Assembly (NCBI GenBank): GCA_016198755.1
Contig: JACQIB010000005.1
Location: forward strand, 96,001-160,000
Length of the DNA: 64,000 nt
Origin: Candidatus Aenigmatarchaeota archaeon
GTDB taxonomy: Archaea; Aenigmatarchaeota; Aenigmatarchaeia; Aenigmatarchaeales; JACQIB01
Direction of reading: 5' to 3'
Shown here: one piece after another, positions 19,059-28,636 of the stretch
Layout of the letters: each line of letters starts with the position of its first letter
Position numbering within the stretch: position 1 is the first letter of the stretch
Position numbers and translations under genes: made by a program
The notes under the pieces: generated by a model
The model's input: only the letters and a program-made list of their open reading frames with translations
Told to the model about the DNA's origin: nothing
The model's database searches: none

Positions 19059-19199
19059 TTATGTTGAAAAATTTGCAGCGTAAGCTCCCGAATAAGGATC
19101 AAAATACTCCGCATAGCCGGCTTTCCTCATAAAATATCTCTGCATGTCTTTCCTTGTTTCCTCTATCTCTTTTTCTGTTTTTACTCTGTCATCTTCCAT
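19059..19199 (-). CDS. 46-aa small protein
   Basis: Not in the ORF track. MEDDRVKTEKEIEETRKDMQRYFMRKAGYAEYFDPYSGAYAANFST with a GGTGA RBS; overlaps the end of the upstream wHTH gene. Confidence 0.55.
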   Translation of the reverse strand: MEDDRVKTEKEIEETRKDMQRYFMRKAGYAEYFDPYSGAYAANFST

Positions 19200-19464
19200 T
19201 TTTCTCACCCCCATTTTTCAAAACCCTTCCAAACTCTGTTACTCTCAGAAAAACTGAGCCGTTCCCATACTCCAGAAAACCAAGCCTCCTGAACTTCCTC
19301 ATGCTGTGCCAGACTGAAGTCTCTGAGAAACCATGCTTTTCAGACACTGTCCTTACAAAACTGGAAGCTGTAACAGACCTGTCAAAAACAAAAGCCTCCT
19401 GCAAAACCAGCAGTTGCCTCCTGCTTAAAGCAGCCCTAGCTAATGCGGAAACCTGCTCTTTCAC
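19189..19464 (-). CDS. small winged-helix protein
   Basis: SEKHGFSETSVWHSMRKFRRLGFLEY...RVTEFG wHTH pattern; GTG start overlaps the stop of a 10-codon uORF. Confidence 0.65.
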   Translation of the reverse strand: MKEQVSALARAALSRRQLLVLQEAFVFDRSVTASSFVRTVSEKHGFSETSVWHSMRKFRRLGFLEYGNGSVFLRVTEFGRVLKNGGEKNGR

Positions 19465-19646
19465 CCTGTTAGTTGGTAGATACCAATCCCCATGAGAATC
19501 ACCATTTTAGAAAGCTTATGGGAGACTTTACAGTATAAGAATCAGGATTTTGCCTGAGTTTAAAGTCTCTGCTTTCATTTTCAAAACCTTTTAATCATTG
19601 GAAGGTAGAAATATTTAAAGCATATCTACTAAAGTTTTAGGGCATA

Positions 19647-19982
19647 TTACTCTATTAATTTATAGATAATATGTCTTATTTTATTAAAAGTTTCTATTTT
19701 AATTTCTCCAATTTTTAACTTAATAAGAGATTTGCTTATGCTGAAAATTCTGTCAACCTTAACTTTGCTATCTGTGATTAGCCTGCCAGTTTCTAGGTCT
19801 TTATTTGTTATTAAAAGTGTGTGTTCCCTTATTTGTATATTTGTTGTCATGGGGACTACTATTATATCATCAAATTTTGAATTGTAATTGTTATTCGAGA
19901 GTACTATAACAGGCCTTACCTTAGAGGTTTTCATATCAGAAAATGGAAAAGATAATAATACTATATCCCTTTGCGAGACCAC
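19647..19982 (-). CDS. mazF: MazF/PemK-family toxin
   Basis: QRDIVLLSFPFSD..SKVRPVIVLSN..IVVPMTT. Confidence 0.9.
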   Translation of the reverse strand: MVSQRDIVLLSFPFSDMKTSKVRPVIVLSNNNYNSKFDDIIVVPMTTNIQIREHTLLITNKDLETGRLITDSKVKVDRIFSISKSLIKLKIGEIKIETFNKIRHIIYKLIE

Positions 19983-20257
19983 TTCTTACCACCTTTTAAG
20001 TAGAGATTCCATATTTCATCCTCTTTGTTGTTCCACAACGCCTTGACAGATAGTTCGGCAGCCTTTTGTATATCCTCAAAAGTATCTATTTTCCTAATTG
20101 CTATTTCTGGTTTTTCTAATATAATATTTTTATCTTTACTTATCAATAAAAGCTCATCGCCTTTTTTAATTCCAAACTCTCTCTGTATTATTTTAGGTAG
20201 AGTTATCTGGCCTTTAGATGATACTTTAATCGAACTTATTGTAGGCAACCTTTTCAT
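19961..20257 (-). CDS. AbrB/MazE-family antitoxin
   Basis: KVSSKGQITLPK..FGIKKGDEL; overlaps mazF. Confidence 0.88.
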   Translation of the reverse strand: MKRLPTISSIKVSSKGQITLPKIIQREFGIKKGDELLLISKDKNIILEKPEIAIRKIDTFEDIQKAAELSVKALWNNKEDEIWNLYLKGGKKWSRKGI

Positions 20258-20312
20258 AATTAGAGTAAGAATTTTCTTACATATAAAGCTTTAGTACATG
20301 ATAATAGTAGTA

Positions 20313-21752
20313 TTACTTATTTAACTCCTCTTCCAGCACAGTCTTCACAACAGCACCATCTATTTTTCCTCTTGCCTCTTTCATTACCTCGCCCATCAGC
20401 GCGGGGAACTTCTTTTCTCCAACTAAAGCAGGCCATTTTTGGAAAACTTTCTTTACTAATTTTCTTAAATCCTCTTCTGAGAACTGCTGCATTGGGAGAG
20501 TGGAAAGCGGCATTTCAGGGTTGCGGGAAAGCTTTTCCAGAAGCTGCGGAACAGCTTCCTTTGCAATTTTCTTTAACTCAAGAGCAGAAAGCAGCTCGCG
20601 TAGCTGGGAATCCTGTATACTTTCAACAGGTATTCCTTTCCTTCTCAAGTCTTTTATGGTATTTGTTAGAACGCTTGCTATAAGCACATGCTCTGGGCTG
20701 CGCTCAAAGCTCTCGAAAATATCCAAATAGTCAGACTTCAGAACCTGTTCTGCTAAATCTTTGGGAAGGATTGACTGAAAACGGGCAAGTTTCCTTTCAA
20801 AAGTTTCCGGTGTTTGTATTGAAGCCAAAAAGTTTGGAAGCAGTGATATCGGGGGCACATCTGTTTCAGGATACATTCTTTCCCCACCTGGAAGAGGTCT
20901 TGAAAAAACTGTTGTGCCATCAGGCTGTGCAACTCTTGTTTCCTCCTCACTCTTCCCTATTTTCATAAGCTCAACCTGCCTTAGAACTTCTTTCTCTATA
21001 AGAGTTTCCATTAGATCCAGCTCTTGCACTCCTTTAACTTCAACCCTCTTTCCTCCCTTTACTGAAAGATTAATATCCTGCCTTGTAACACCAATTCCCC
21101 GCTGGCTTTTCCCTGTACTTCTAACAATCATTCCAAGCTTTTCAGAAACCTCCCTCGCGTGCGCAGCGCTTTTTACTTCTGGGAAAGTGCTAATCTCTAT
21201 TAGTGGTATTCCTAACCTGTCAAGCCTGTAAACAACTCTATCTTCCTTTTGTTCCACAATTCCTGCAGACTCCTCTTCAATGGAAATTGCCTGTATCCTC
21301 ACTGGTCCAAGGGAAGTGGATATTATTCCTCCTGTAGCAATCAGGGCTGTCCTTTGGAAAGAAGTTGTATTAGAACCGTCAATAATCGTTTTTCTCATTA
21401 CATGAACTTCATCCACAATTCTGCTTCCCAAAAGCTTGCAAACCTGTATTGCAACAGTTAAAGCTTCCATATTTAATGGATGCGGAGGCTCCTCGTCCCT
21501 TTCCACTTCGCATGTTATATTTGGAAAACACTGGTAATGGAAAGTGCGATCCCTTAAAAACTCATAGGAAGCTGCAACATCCACCCTTCCCATTTCCCCT
21601 GCAACAGGTCTCAGCCTTCTTGTTATTGTAAAGTTTGGCTTTTCTGCCGAGAGCTTTGGAATACAAGAACAGAATAGTTTCTCGTGGGTAGAAAGCCTGT
21701 TGTGGATTTCTATCCCGCATTTGAACCCAACAGCTTCGTAATCAACCACCAT
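20313..21752 (-). CDS. gatE: Glu-tRNA(Gln) amidotransferase subunit E (short form)
   Basis: GFKCGIEIH, KLFC, DEEPPH, DGSNTTSFQRT, LDRLGIPLIEI, RQDINLS, MYPETD. Confidence 0.95.
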   Translation of the reverse strand: MVVDYEAVGFKCGIEIHNRLSTHEKLFCSCIPKLSAEKPNFTITRRLRPVAGEMGRVDVAASYEFLRDRTFHYQCFPNITCEVERDEEPPHPLNMEALTVAIQVCKLLGSRIVDEVHVMRKTIIDGSNTTSFQRTALIATGGIISTSLGPVRIQAISIEEESAGIVEQKEDRVVYRLDRLGIPLIEISTFPEVKSAAHAREVSEKLGMIVRSTGKSQRGIGVTRQDINLSVKGGKRVEVKGVQELDLMETLIEKEVLRQVELMKIGKSEEETRVAQPDGTTVFSRPLPGGERMYPETDVPPISLLPNFLASIQTPETFERKLARFQSILPKDLAEQVLKSDYLDIFESFERSPEHVLIASVLTNTIKDLRRKGIPVESIQDSQLRELLSALELKKIAKEAVPQLLEKLSRNPEMPLSTLPMQQFSEEDLRKLVKKVFQKWPALVGEKKFPALMGEVMKEARGKIDGAVVKTVLEEELNK

Positions 21753-22203
21753 ACAGCTCCCTCCATGCTTCCTTTATCAGCGCCACATTCTTTTTTGTTT
21801 CTTCTGTTCCAACAACCCGCAGGCTGGGATCCTCTATTTTTTCATACCATTCCCCGCTCTCGTCCTTGGTTCTGGGTATTATATGCCAGTGTAAGTGGGG
21901 GATAGATTGTCCTGCAATTTCTCCTTCCTGCAGAGCTATGTTAAAACCCTCTGCATTGTATGTGTGTACGACTGCTTTTGTTGCCATGTGAAGTATTCTG
22001 GACATCTCTTCCACCTCATTCTCACCCATCTCTAGGAAGCTTGGGATATGTTTTTTGGGGGATAAAAGGATGTGGCCCATAAAAACAGGTTTTAGGTTGT
22101 AAAACAAAATAAACTTTTCATTTTCAAAAATTATTTGGGCTCTGGCAACAAACCCTTTCCCTACTATATCCTTCTCCTCTATGGTACAAAATGGGCAGCT
22201 CAT
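21742..22203 (-). CDS. HIT-family hydrolase
   Basis: CPFC, GHILL, AGQSIPHLHWHIIPR. Confidence 0.92.
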   Translation of the reverse strand: MSCPFCTIEEKDIVGKGFVARAQIIFENEKFILFYNLKPVFMGHILLSPKKHIPSFLEMGENEVEEMSRILHMATKAVVHTYNAEGFNIALQEGEIAGQSIPHLHWHIIPRTKDESGEWYEKIEDPSLRVVGTEETKKNVALIKEAWRELYGG

Positions 22204-23567
22204 ACAAAAAACACCTCTGTTCTGTCAGAGAGCTCGCCGCGCAGGTTTTTGCCAAACAACTCTTTTGCTTCCTTTGGATAGTTGCTGAGTAACCAAGAAA
22301 GCTTTATGTAAGATGTATCTGTTGTCATGTCTGAAAAGTTGCCTAAAATACCTATGCTTTGCAAAGCCCGCTGGTTTTCATAAACGTTAAGATTAAGCCT
22401 GCCGTAGATTGCCAGTGGGCTGAGAGCCACAACAGTTCCGCCCTTAACAAGCTCTTCTAGGGATTTTAAAATTTTCGTATGTTCTTTTGTAAATTCATCT
22501 ATCTCTGAAGTTGGAAGGTTTCCTAAACCTGATGTTTCAACTATTAACCCGTCATAGTCCTTGTAAAACAAAAATTCTGAAGCAAACATGTTTACCCTGA
22601 ATCTCAAGATACCCACTTTTATTTTTTCATTGAATAGCTTGAGCCTGAAGGGGCCTGGGGTTTTGGTGGGTTTTGAAACCCAGTCTATTTTCCTTGTTCT
22701 GTAGTCTACAAAAGCATATGGATAGGAATTTACAGGGCGAAAAGCATCCCTGCGAGAAGAATGGAGTTTTCTGCACTTGCAGGCTGGCAAAATCCAGCAA
22801 CGATCATCGGAGCTGGAGGAATGCATACAAACACCGACGGCTGGAAAGTCTGCTGTGGCTGCGAAAAACACAGCGTTTATCAGGTTCATTGCAGCATCCG
22901 AACTCCCCCTGTCAGAACTTCTTTGAGAGCCAGCTAAAATAACTGGAACAGAAAGATTTTCAAGAGCAAATGAAAGAGCTGCTGAAGTTATGTGCAAAGT
23001 ATCTGTGCCATGAGTTATAACAATGCCGCGCGCGCCTGCGCGGATTTCCTTTTCTATTTCCTTAGCAAGTATATTGTAGTGGGGAAAACGCATGTCCTGC
23101 GACCACATATTCCTTACTAATCTTGATTTAATGTTTGCAAACTCTGCTATCTCAGGGAACATTCCTATAATGTCCTCGGGGGTAAAGGAGGAGGCTACAC
23201 CACCGGTTTTGTAGTCTACCTTGCTTGCTACAGTACCGCCTGTGTGCAGGATTGCTATCGTAGGCTTAGAAGAATCTGTTTTAAACTTGGGTTTTTCATG
23301 CACTCCGGACTCAGAAACTGGAACCTTCGGGACTGCAGGCTCTTTTGTATGGGAAAGCTCTATGGAAACTCCCTTCACAAACTTTATACCTATATTGTAG
23401 CCGGAATCCATTTTTAGTACAATGCAGTCTGGAGAGCCCTGCGATATTCTGGGCATTAGTATTCCTTCATAAACAGCTGTACCCTTGGAAACCTGTACTC
23501 TGTTCCCTAACTTAGCCTTTGCAATCTTTATTGCAGCCTGCACAGCTGCAGAGTAGTTCTCTAGCAT
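22200..23567 (-). CDS. gatD: Glu-tRNA(Gln) amidotransferase subunit D
   Basis: LKMDSGYNIG, HTGGTVASKVDYKTG, HGTDT, GSQRSSDRGSSD; start set at MLENYS. Confidence 0.95.
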   Translation of the reverse strand: MLENYSAAVQAAIKIAKAKLGNRVQVSKGTAVYEGILMPRISQGSPDCIVLKMDSGYNIGIKFVKGVSIELSHTKEPAVPKVPVSESGVHEKPKFKTDSSKPTIAILHTGGTVASKVDYKTGGVASSFTPEDIIGMFPEIAEFANIKSRLVRNMWSQDMRFPHYNILAKEIEKEIRAGARGIVITHGTDTLHITSAALSFALENLSVPVILAGSQRSSDRGSSDAAMNLINAVFFAATADFPAVGVCMHSSSSDDRCWILPACKCRKLHSSRRDAFRPVNSYPYAFVDYRTRKIDWVSKPTKTPGPFRLKLFNEKIKVGILRFRVNMFASEFLFYKDYDGLIVETSGLGNLPTSEIDEFTKEHTKILKSLEELVKGGTVVALSPLAIYGRLNLNVYENQRALQSIGILGNFSDMTTDTSYIKLSWLLSNYPKEAKELFGKNLRGELSDRTEVFFV

Positions 23568-23592
23568 AGAAAGAATTCTGCCGCGCCCGTAT

Positions 23593-24441
23593 TTAAGTTT
23601 CTGCTGACGCAACTTTTCTGGCAAAGATGTGGCTATATTGGCTGGTTGCCCTTATATCCTCTTCAACAACTAAGCCAATAGCTGGAGAGCCTTCAATTTT
23701 CTCTCTTACAAAAGTATCCCATGTAAGCTCTGCTGCCTTTTCCTCGGATAGGAAGGGGGGAACATAGAACGCATAATCATTTATGTTGTCATCTACTACA
23801 ACAATGCCCCTGCTGGTTGTGTTTTTCGCCATGTTACTAAGGGCAGCTACAACATTTCCATCAGCTAACTCTTTATCGTGATTAAAGAAGTGGGTCAAAA
23901 CGTTCAGGCAGATACACAAGTCAAATTGCCCGTATTTTGAAAGTCCCTTGGTAGCGATATTGCCCCGAACCAGTTTTACTTCACCTTCTCTAAGCTTCCT
24001 CCTGAAGGATTCTGGTATTTTGGCTTTTGTGGAAGCTGGTTTCTTTTGTTGGCCTGTATCATCCAAATACTGGTTCCATATACCAATAGATTCCTGTGTT
24101 GGATGTGTGTTAGTTACAGAGTGCTTTCGTTCCAATGCCCTAAGATTGTGCGGGTTTATGTCAAGAACAACCATCCTATAGTCTTTTGAAAGCCCTTCAA
24201 GAGCACCAGCAACTTCAAATGGCTCTGATATGCTATACCCTGCATCTCTGCTGTCTGCACCAACACCAACCAGTAGAACATTTGGATCCTGTGGAAGGGC
24301 TGCAATATACCTTCTCAGCGGTGCATACAAAAGAGGATACCTGCCGAAGTATGTTTTGTTTATAGGACTGGAAGAAGGTACACGGGTTTTGAGACCTGTA
24401 GACAGAGACATTAATCTGGCTGAAACCGCGGATTCTGGCAC
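23593..24441 (-). CDS. divergent class I SAM-dependent methyltransferase-like protein
   Basis: LLVGVG, VVLDIN, VRGNI, FDLCICLNVL Rossmann-type strands; GTG start. Confidence 0.55.
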   Translation of the reverse strand: MPESAVSARLMSLSTGLKTRVPSSSPINKTYFGRYPLLYAPLRRYIAALPQDPNVLLVGVGADSRDAGYSISEPFEVAGALEGLSKDYRMVVLDINPHNLRALERKHSVTNTHPTQESIGIWNQYLDDTGQQKKPASTKAKIPESFRRKLREGEVKLVRGNIATKGLSKYGQFDLCICLNVLTHFFNHDKELADGNVVAALSNMAKNTTSRGIVVVDDNINDYAFYVPPFLSEEKAAELTWDTFVREKIEGSPAIGLVVEEDIRATSQYSHIFARKVASAET

Positions 24442-24481
24442 AATATAATATACACAAAAAACAATTTAAAGATATTAAATC

Positions 24482-24685
24482 CTAAAATTTTGTGAGCGGC
24501 TTGGAGCTTTCTAGCAGGGGGGTTACTTTTGGTTTTCCCCTTTCTTTTTCTATAAGCTTTGCGTATTTGCATTTTGGGCAGGTTAGCCAGCTTGTAAGTG
24601 TTCCTGGGATTGTTAAAAGGTCTGCGCTGCAGCGGGGGCACTGGGTGCTTGCTTCAGTTATCTTAAGTTGCTTCACTACCACCAC
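24482..24685 (-). CDS. small zinc-ribbon protein
   Basis: CPRC...CPKC; overlaps the end of the upstream gene. Confidence 0.65.
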   Translation of the reverse strand: MVVVKQLKITEASTQCPRCSADLLTIPGTLTSWLTCPKCKYAKLIEKERGKPKVTPLLESSKPLTKF

Positions 24686-25053
24686 TCTCCTCTTCCCTGC
24701 TTTATCTGCACTTCATGGAAAATTCTGGAGTGTTTATCCTGCAATTCTTCCGGTGAAAGTATGCTTTCAGCTTTGTTTACAAATATCATTTCAAGATCAC
24801 CCATCTTGTTCTCAAAATTTCCTGTAAGGCTGAAGCGCACTCCTTTCTTCAGCATCAGTTTACAGAAGGGTTGTTTTGACTGGAAAAGCCTGTCCACACC
24901 AACATCTTCCAGAAAGCCTACAATAATATAGTTTGTCTGCTCTACAGCAACAAGTTTTTTCAGCAGCTTTCTGGCCTTTTCCTTTGATTTTTCTATAGAG
25001 CTGAAATATCCGCGGGGTATCAGCTCTGCCTCTTCCCTTGTTCTTGCTAACAT
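24676..25053 (-). CDS. hypothetical protein
   Basis: 125 aa ORF with Lys-rich housekeeping-like composition, coupled to the zinc-ribbon gene. Confidence 0.6.
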   Translation of the reverse strand: MLARTREEAELIPRGYFSSIEKSKEKARKLLKKLVAVEQTNYIIVGFLEDVGVDRLFQSKQPFCKLMLKKGVRFSLTGNFENKMGDLEMIFVNKAESILSPEELQDKHSRIFHEVQIKQGRGEWW

Positions 25054-25167
25054 TTTATCACTGCCTATAATTTAGGCAAAAACCTATTTAAGGGAGTATG
25101 TGCTCACAGGCAAGTGATTGATTTTCAGCAAAAATAGTTATTTAAAGGTTGTTTATGTATAATTGCC

Positions 25168-25470
25168 ATGCGAGAAAGGGATGGAGCTGCATTGGACAAT
25201 TGGAGACCTGATGCTTTGGGATTTGTTTTAGTTAGTGCTGCAATACGTGAAGAGAGGAATGTATACAGAAGCTTATGCGATCTAAAGGAAAGGGCAGGAA
25301 TACATGCTAGGCCAGTTTATGTTGAATCATTGTTACCTGGTGTTTGTGATGCTATAGTGAAAATAGAGGGGGAAGATTATCAGGCGATGGGAGACTATGT
25401 ATCTAATGTTATTCGGGTTTTACCTGGTGTTGTAGATATAAAAACTCTTACAGTAACTAAACCCGAATAA
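25168..25470 (+). CDS. Lrp/AsnC ligand-binding (RAM) domain protein
   Basis: GFVLV...GVCDAIVKIEGED...VIRVLPGVVDIKTL. Confidence 0.7.
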   Translation: MRERDGAALDNWRPDALGFVLVSAAIREERNVYRSLCDLKERAGIHARPVYVESLLPGVCDAIVKIEGEDYQAMGDYVSNVIRVLPGVVDIKTLTVTKPE

Positions 25471-26289
25471 TCAGGCATGGATTTCCAGTATATCTTTATC
25501 AGCCAGCTTATGCTCTAATCCAACTTTTTCCCCTACATGTTTTACAGATTTGCCCCAAACTTTTGCAAATTTGAAAAAGCGCAGGAAGTCTTTATGCACA
25601 TGGGAAGCAGCATCCTTTACATTAGAGCCCCGTTTAAGTACCAGAGCCCTTTTTTCAGGCTGTTTTCCGGGTTCTTTTGTGTAAATATGGATTAGTTTCA
25701 CGGAAGACCAGACTTTCTCGAAAATACCAGTTGGGTTCCTTGAATCTATGTAAACAAAGGGTGTACGAATCCTGAAACGCTCAATCAATCCTATCAAAGA
25801 TTCCTTCTGCTCTTCTATGCTTCTTGTAGAGTCTATTACCAGAACAATACAGTCTGAACTTGCTGCAATACTCATCCACTGGGGAATAAAGGTTGATGGA
25901 ATTTCCACAAACTGCATTTTAACACCCTCCCATTCTGCAACACCCATTTCAGGCTTTACTGTTGTATAGGAACGGTTGGAAATCTCTACCTTTGAGCCTG
26001 TCAAAGCTTTGAGAAGAGTTGACTTACCTGTTTGTGTTAATCCAAGCAGACAAACCTGTAAATCCCCCTCCTTCTGTATCTTGAAAGAGCTGCGCGTCCC
26101 TTTCTTTTCTGTTTGAGAGAGGAGTTTGCTTAATTTTGCCTTTAAATCAGCCTGCACATGGCTGGTTCCTTTGTGTTTTGGTATAGTAGAAATCATTTCC
26201 CTGAGCGCAGCTATTTTTTCATCCTTTGTTCTGGCATTTATGTACTTCTCATGCGCCTGTGCATACTCTACTGTAACATTTGTTGGCAT
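25471..26289 (-). CDS. short DRG/Obg-like GTPase with TGS domain (degenerate motifs)
   Basis: MPTN N-terminus, IPKHKGT, P-loop GLTQTGKS, YTTVKP, TGS AKVWGKS..GEKVGLEHKLADKDILEI. Confidence 0.85.
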   Translation of the reverse strand: MPTNVTVEYAQAHEKYINARTKDEKIAALREMISTIPKHKGTSHVQADLKAKLSKLLSQTEKKGTRSSFKIQKEGDLQVCLLGLTQTGKSTLLKALTGSKVEISNRSYTTVKPEMGVAEWEGVKMQFVEIPSTFIPQWMSIAASSDCIVLVIDSTRSIEEQKESLIGLIERFRIRTPFVYIDSRNPTGIFEKVWSSVKLIHIYTKEPGKQPEKRALVLKRGSNVKDAASHVHKDFLRFFKFAKVWGKSVKHVGEKVGLEHKLADKDILEIHA

Positions 26290-26298
26290 TGAACCACG

Positions 26299-28605
26299 TT
26301 AGTAATACTCGCTTCTGTAAGTGTCTTCTTTTTCGGGTAAAAAGACTGTTTCCTCGCTTTTCTTTTCCTCTTTCTTCTCTGCAGGTTTGTGTTTCCTGAA
26401 CTTAAGGAAGTAAACAAGGGCAGCTATAACAGCCAAGACAATAACTAAAATAAAGAGTTCTGTGTACGGGAAAGAAGGTTGGGGGGGAGGTTTTTGCAGC
26501 TCTGATTTTAGCTGTTCTAACTGAGATTCCGCGGTTTCTAAGTTTGAAAGGGCTGCTTCTATATCCCCTTCAGCCAGCTTTGATTCTGCTGAAGATATTG
26601 TATTGTTTACATTTTCATAGAGATTTGTTAAGCCTTTTGAGGAGGCTGTAAGCCTAAGTGTTTCGAGCTCTGATAAGAGAGATGTTATGTTCTCTGAAAG
26701 GTCCTGCACCTCGAAAACAGCAGATAATATGGCCGTGCCAATATTAGAACTGATTTCTATATCCCCTCTATATACTCCGGATTTCAGCTTTGTACCATCA
26801 ACTGAAAGTTTTATAATGGAAGAGTTCTTGCCTAAAATATAGTTTGGAACCTGAACCACAGAAACAATTCCCTCCAAATCCCCTTTGGATTTAACTGAAA
26901 TTTCCCCCAAAATCAAAGGAGCTCTATTTTTTAACACAAATGTTTTTGTAAGCGGCTCTTTTGTGGATATTGGGCTTTTCCATTCCTTGGGCTCTATATC
27001 AATCCATGTGCCTGTTATATTCCACAAGCTTAGAGTAACTGGAATTGTTCTGGAAAACTGGTCTGCTGTAAACCCTAAATCAGCATAATAATCCCCTTCT
27101 TCAAGTTTTGTGCTGTTTAAAGTTACTGTAAATGAACCGGTTTCCTTGGGAAGGATTTCGCGCGGAGGCAGGCTAAAGCTTATCCTGCTTGATAGGAAAC
27201 CGGAAACAGTCAAATTAAGGTTTGTTATTGATTTGTTTCCTGTGTTTTTGACTGTAAAAGTCTGGGTTGAAACTGTGCCAGACCTGAGCGGTATTATCCA
27301 TTCTGTAGGTCCTATGGAGTAATCCTTATCTGTGAGTGGGGAAATCATTGTTATTTTCTTATAATCCCCGCCTGTTTCTGTATTGTTCAGGGCTGTTACT
27401 TCGAGATAAACATCCCCATATTGTTTAAGCTCATATTCACTCCTGTAAAGGCTGTTATAATAGGCAAGCCTTCCGCTCCCTACCTGAGTCAGGTTCTCTA
27501 ATAAAATTCTATAGGAAAGCTCTGCTGGTAACGAGCTGTTTGCAGAAATTGATATTGAACCTGCTTTATAGGAGTTTGTTAAAATATCGACTTTAATATT
27601 TCCAACAGTAACATTGTAAAGATAGTTTGTGTCGCCTGCTGTTATGTTCAGGGTTTCGTTCTTTGAAAGCTTTACACCCTTTAACACCCAGCCGCCTATT
27701 ATATTATCATAACTTAGCAGAGTTTCTGTTCCGCCTAATGGAAGGGAGAATTTTCCAGCTTTCACATCTTTTCCAAACCTGTCTTTTACATTTAACAGCA
27801 GCCAAAACTCTTTCCCTGCTGTTGGATGGGAAGGGAATGTTGAAGTTTCGATCTTCAAAAGATGGTCATTCATTGTATAAACTACAGCCCTGTCAAAAAT
27901 CCCCCATGTTGAATTTGTATACAAACTTGTTTCATCAAGCCCCCAAAAAAGAAGCTTTCCTTTGGCTGTGATTTTGCTTGAAACAATATCATAAAAGGAT
28001 ACTGGTATATCTGCGGAGGAGCATTCTGCTGTAAGCCAGGAAATATCCGGCTGGGCCGTGGACAAAGCTATTCTTACCCGCCCCTCCTTTGTGTATACAT
28101 CAGTAACCTTTCCTAAATCTTTTGTAACATATCCATCTGTCTCTACTTTTACAGACTTTTTAAGGCAGCTGTTGGATTTGTGCGGATAAGAGGAATAGTC
28201 AATAAAACATCCTTCTATTCCAGCTGTTCTGTTAACAGTAGCTGAGCCCATTGTAAGGAAAGCTGGCTTTTTCTGGGAGGTTATATTGTTGCAGAAAAAG
28301 TTTCTTTGTGCTTTTGAGGAGTTTGAGAGGTCTATCGAGGTTGTGCCTACAAAAACCATATCTGCTGCAGAGATGTAGCTATTTGCAGTACTTGTACCCG
28401 CAACAACCTGCTGCTCATTCAGGACTGTAACCGTATAATTAAGGCCTGATAACCTGCTGCAAAAATCCTTGTCAACGCCCTTTAAAGCAGAACAGGGGCT
28501 TTCGGTGTCTGCAGCTGTTATATAGACTATCATTTTTCCTTCTGCAGCTACAGGAATATACAGCAATGCCAGTATAAACAAAGCTGCAAGAATGGGTTTG
28601 TGCAT
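26299..28605 (-). CDS. large secreted, membrane-anchored surface protein with Ig-like repeats
   Basis: Signal peptide, many N-x-S/T sequons, FTVKNTG/FVLKNR beta-sandwich repeats, coiled coil, Pro linker, C-terminal TM and charged tail. Confidence 0.8.
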   Translation of the reverse strand: MHKPILAALFILALLYIPVAAEGKMIVYITAADTESPCSALKGVDKDFCSRLSGLNYTVTVLNEQQVVAGTSTANSYISAADMVFVGTTSIDLSNSSKAQRNFFCNNITSQKKPAFLTMGSATVNRTAGIEGCFIDYSSYPHKSNSCLKKSVKVETDGYVTKDLGKVTDVYTKEGRVRIALSTAQPDISWLTAECSSADIPVSFYDIVSSKITAKGKLLFWGLDETSLYTNSTWGIFDRAVVYTMNDHLLKIETSTFPSHPTAGKEFWLLLNVKDRFGKDVKAGKFSLPLGGTETLLSYDNIIGGWVLKGVKLSKNETLNITAGDTNYLYNVTVGNIKVDILTNSYKAGSISISANSSLPAELSYRILLENLTQVGSGRLAYYNSLYRSEYELKQYGDVYLEVTALNNTETGGDYKKITMISPLTDKDYSIGPTEWIIPLRSGTVSTQTFTVKNTGNKSITNLNLTVSGFLSSRISFSLPPREILPKETGSFTVTLNSTKLEEGDYYADLGFTADQFSRTIPVTLSLWNITGTWIDIEPKEWKSPISTKEPLTKTFVLKNRAPLILGEISVKSKGDLEGIVSVVQVPNYILGKNSSIIKLSVDGTKLKSGVYRGDIEISSNIGTAILSAVFEVQDLSENITSLLSELETLRLTASSKGLTNLYENVNNTISSAESKLAEGDIEAALSNLETAESQLEQLKSELQKPPPQPSFPYTELFILVIVLAVIAALVYFLKFRKHKPAEKKEEKKSEETVFLPEKEDTYRSEYY

Positions 28606-28636
28606 GTAAATAACTTTCCCTCTGCAAATAAAAACC

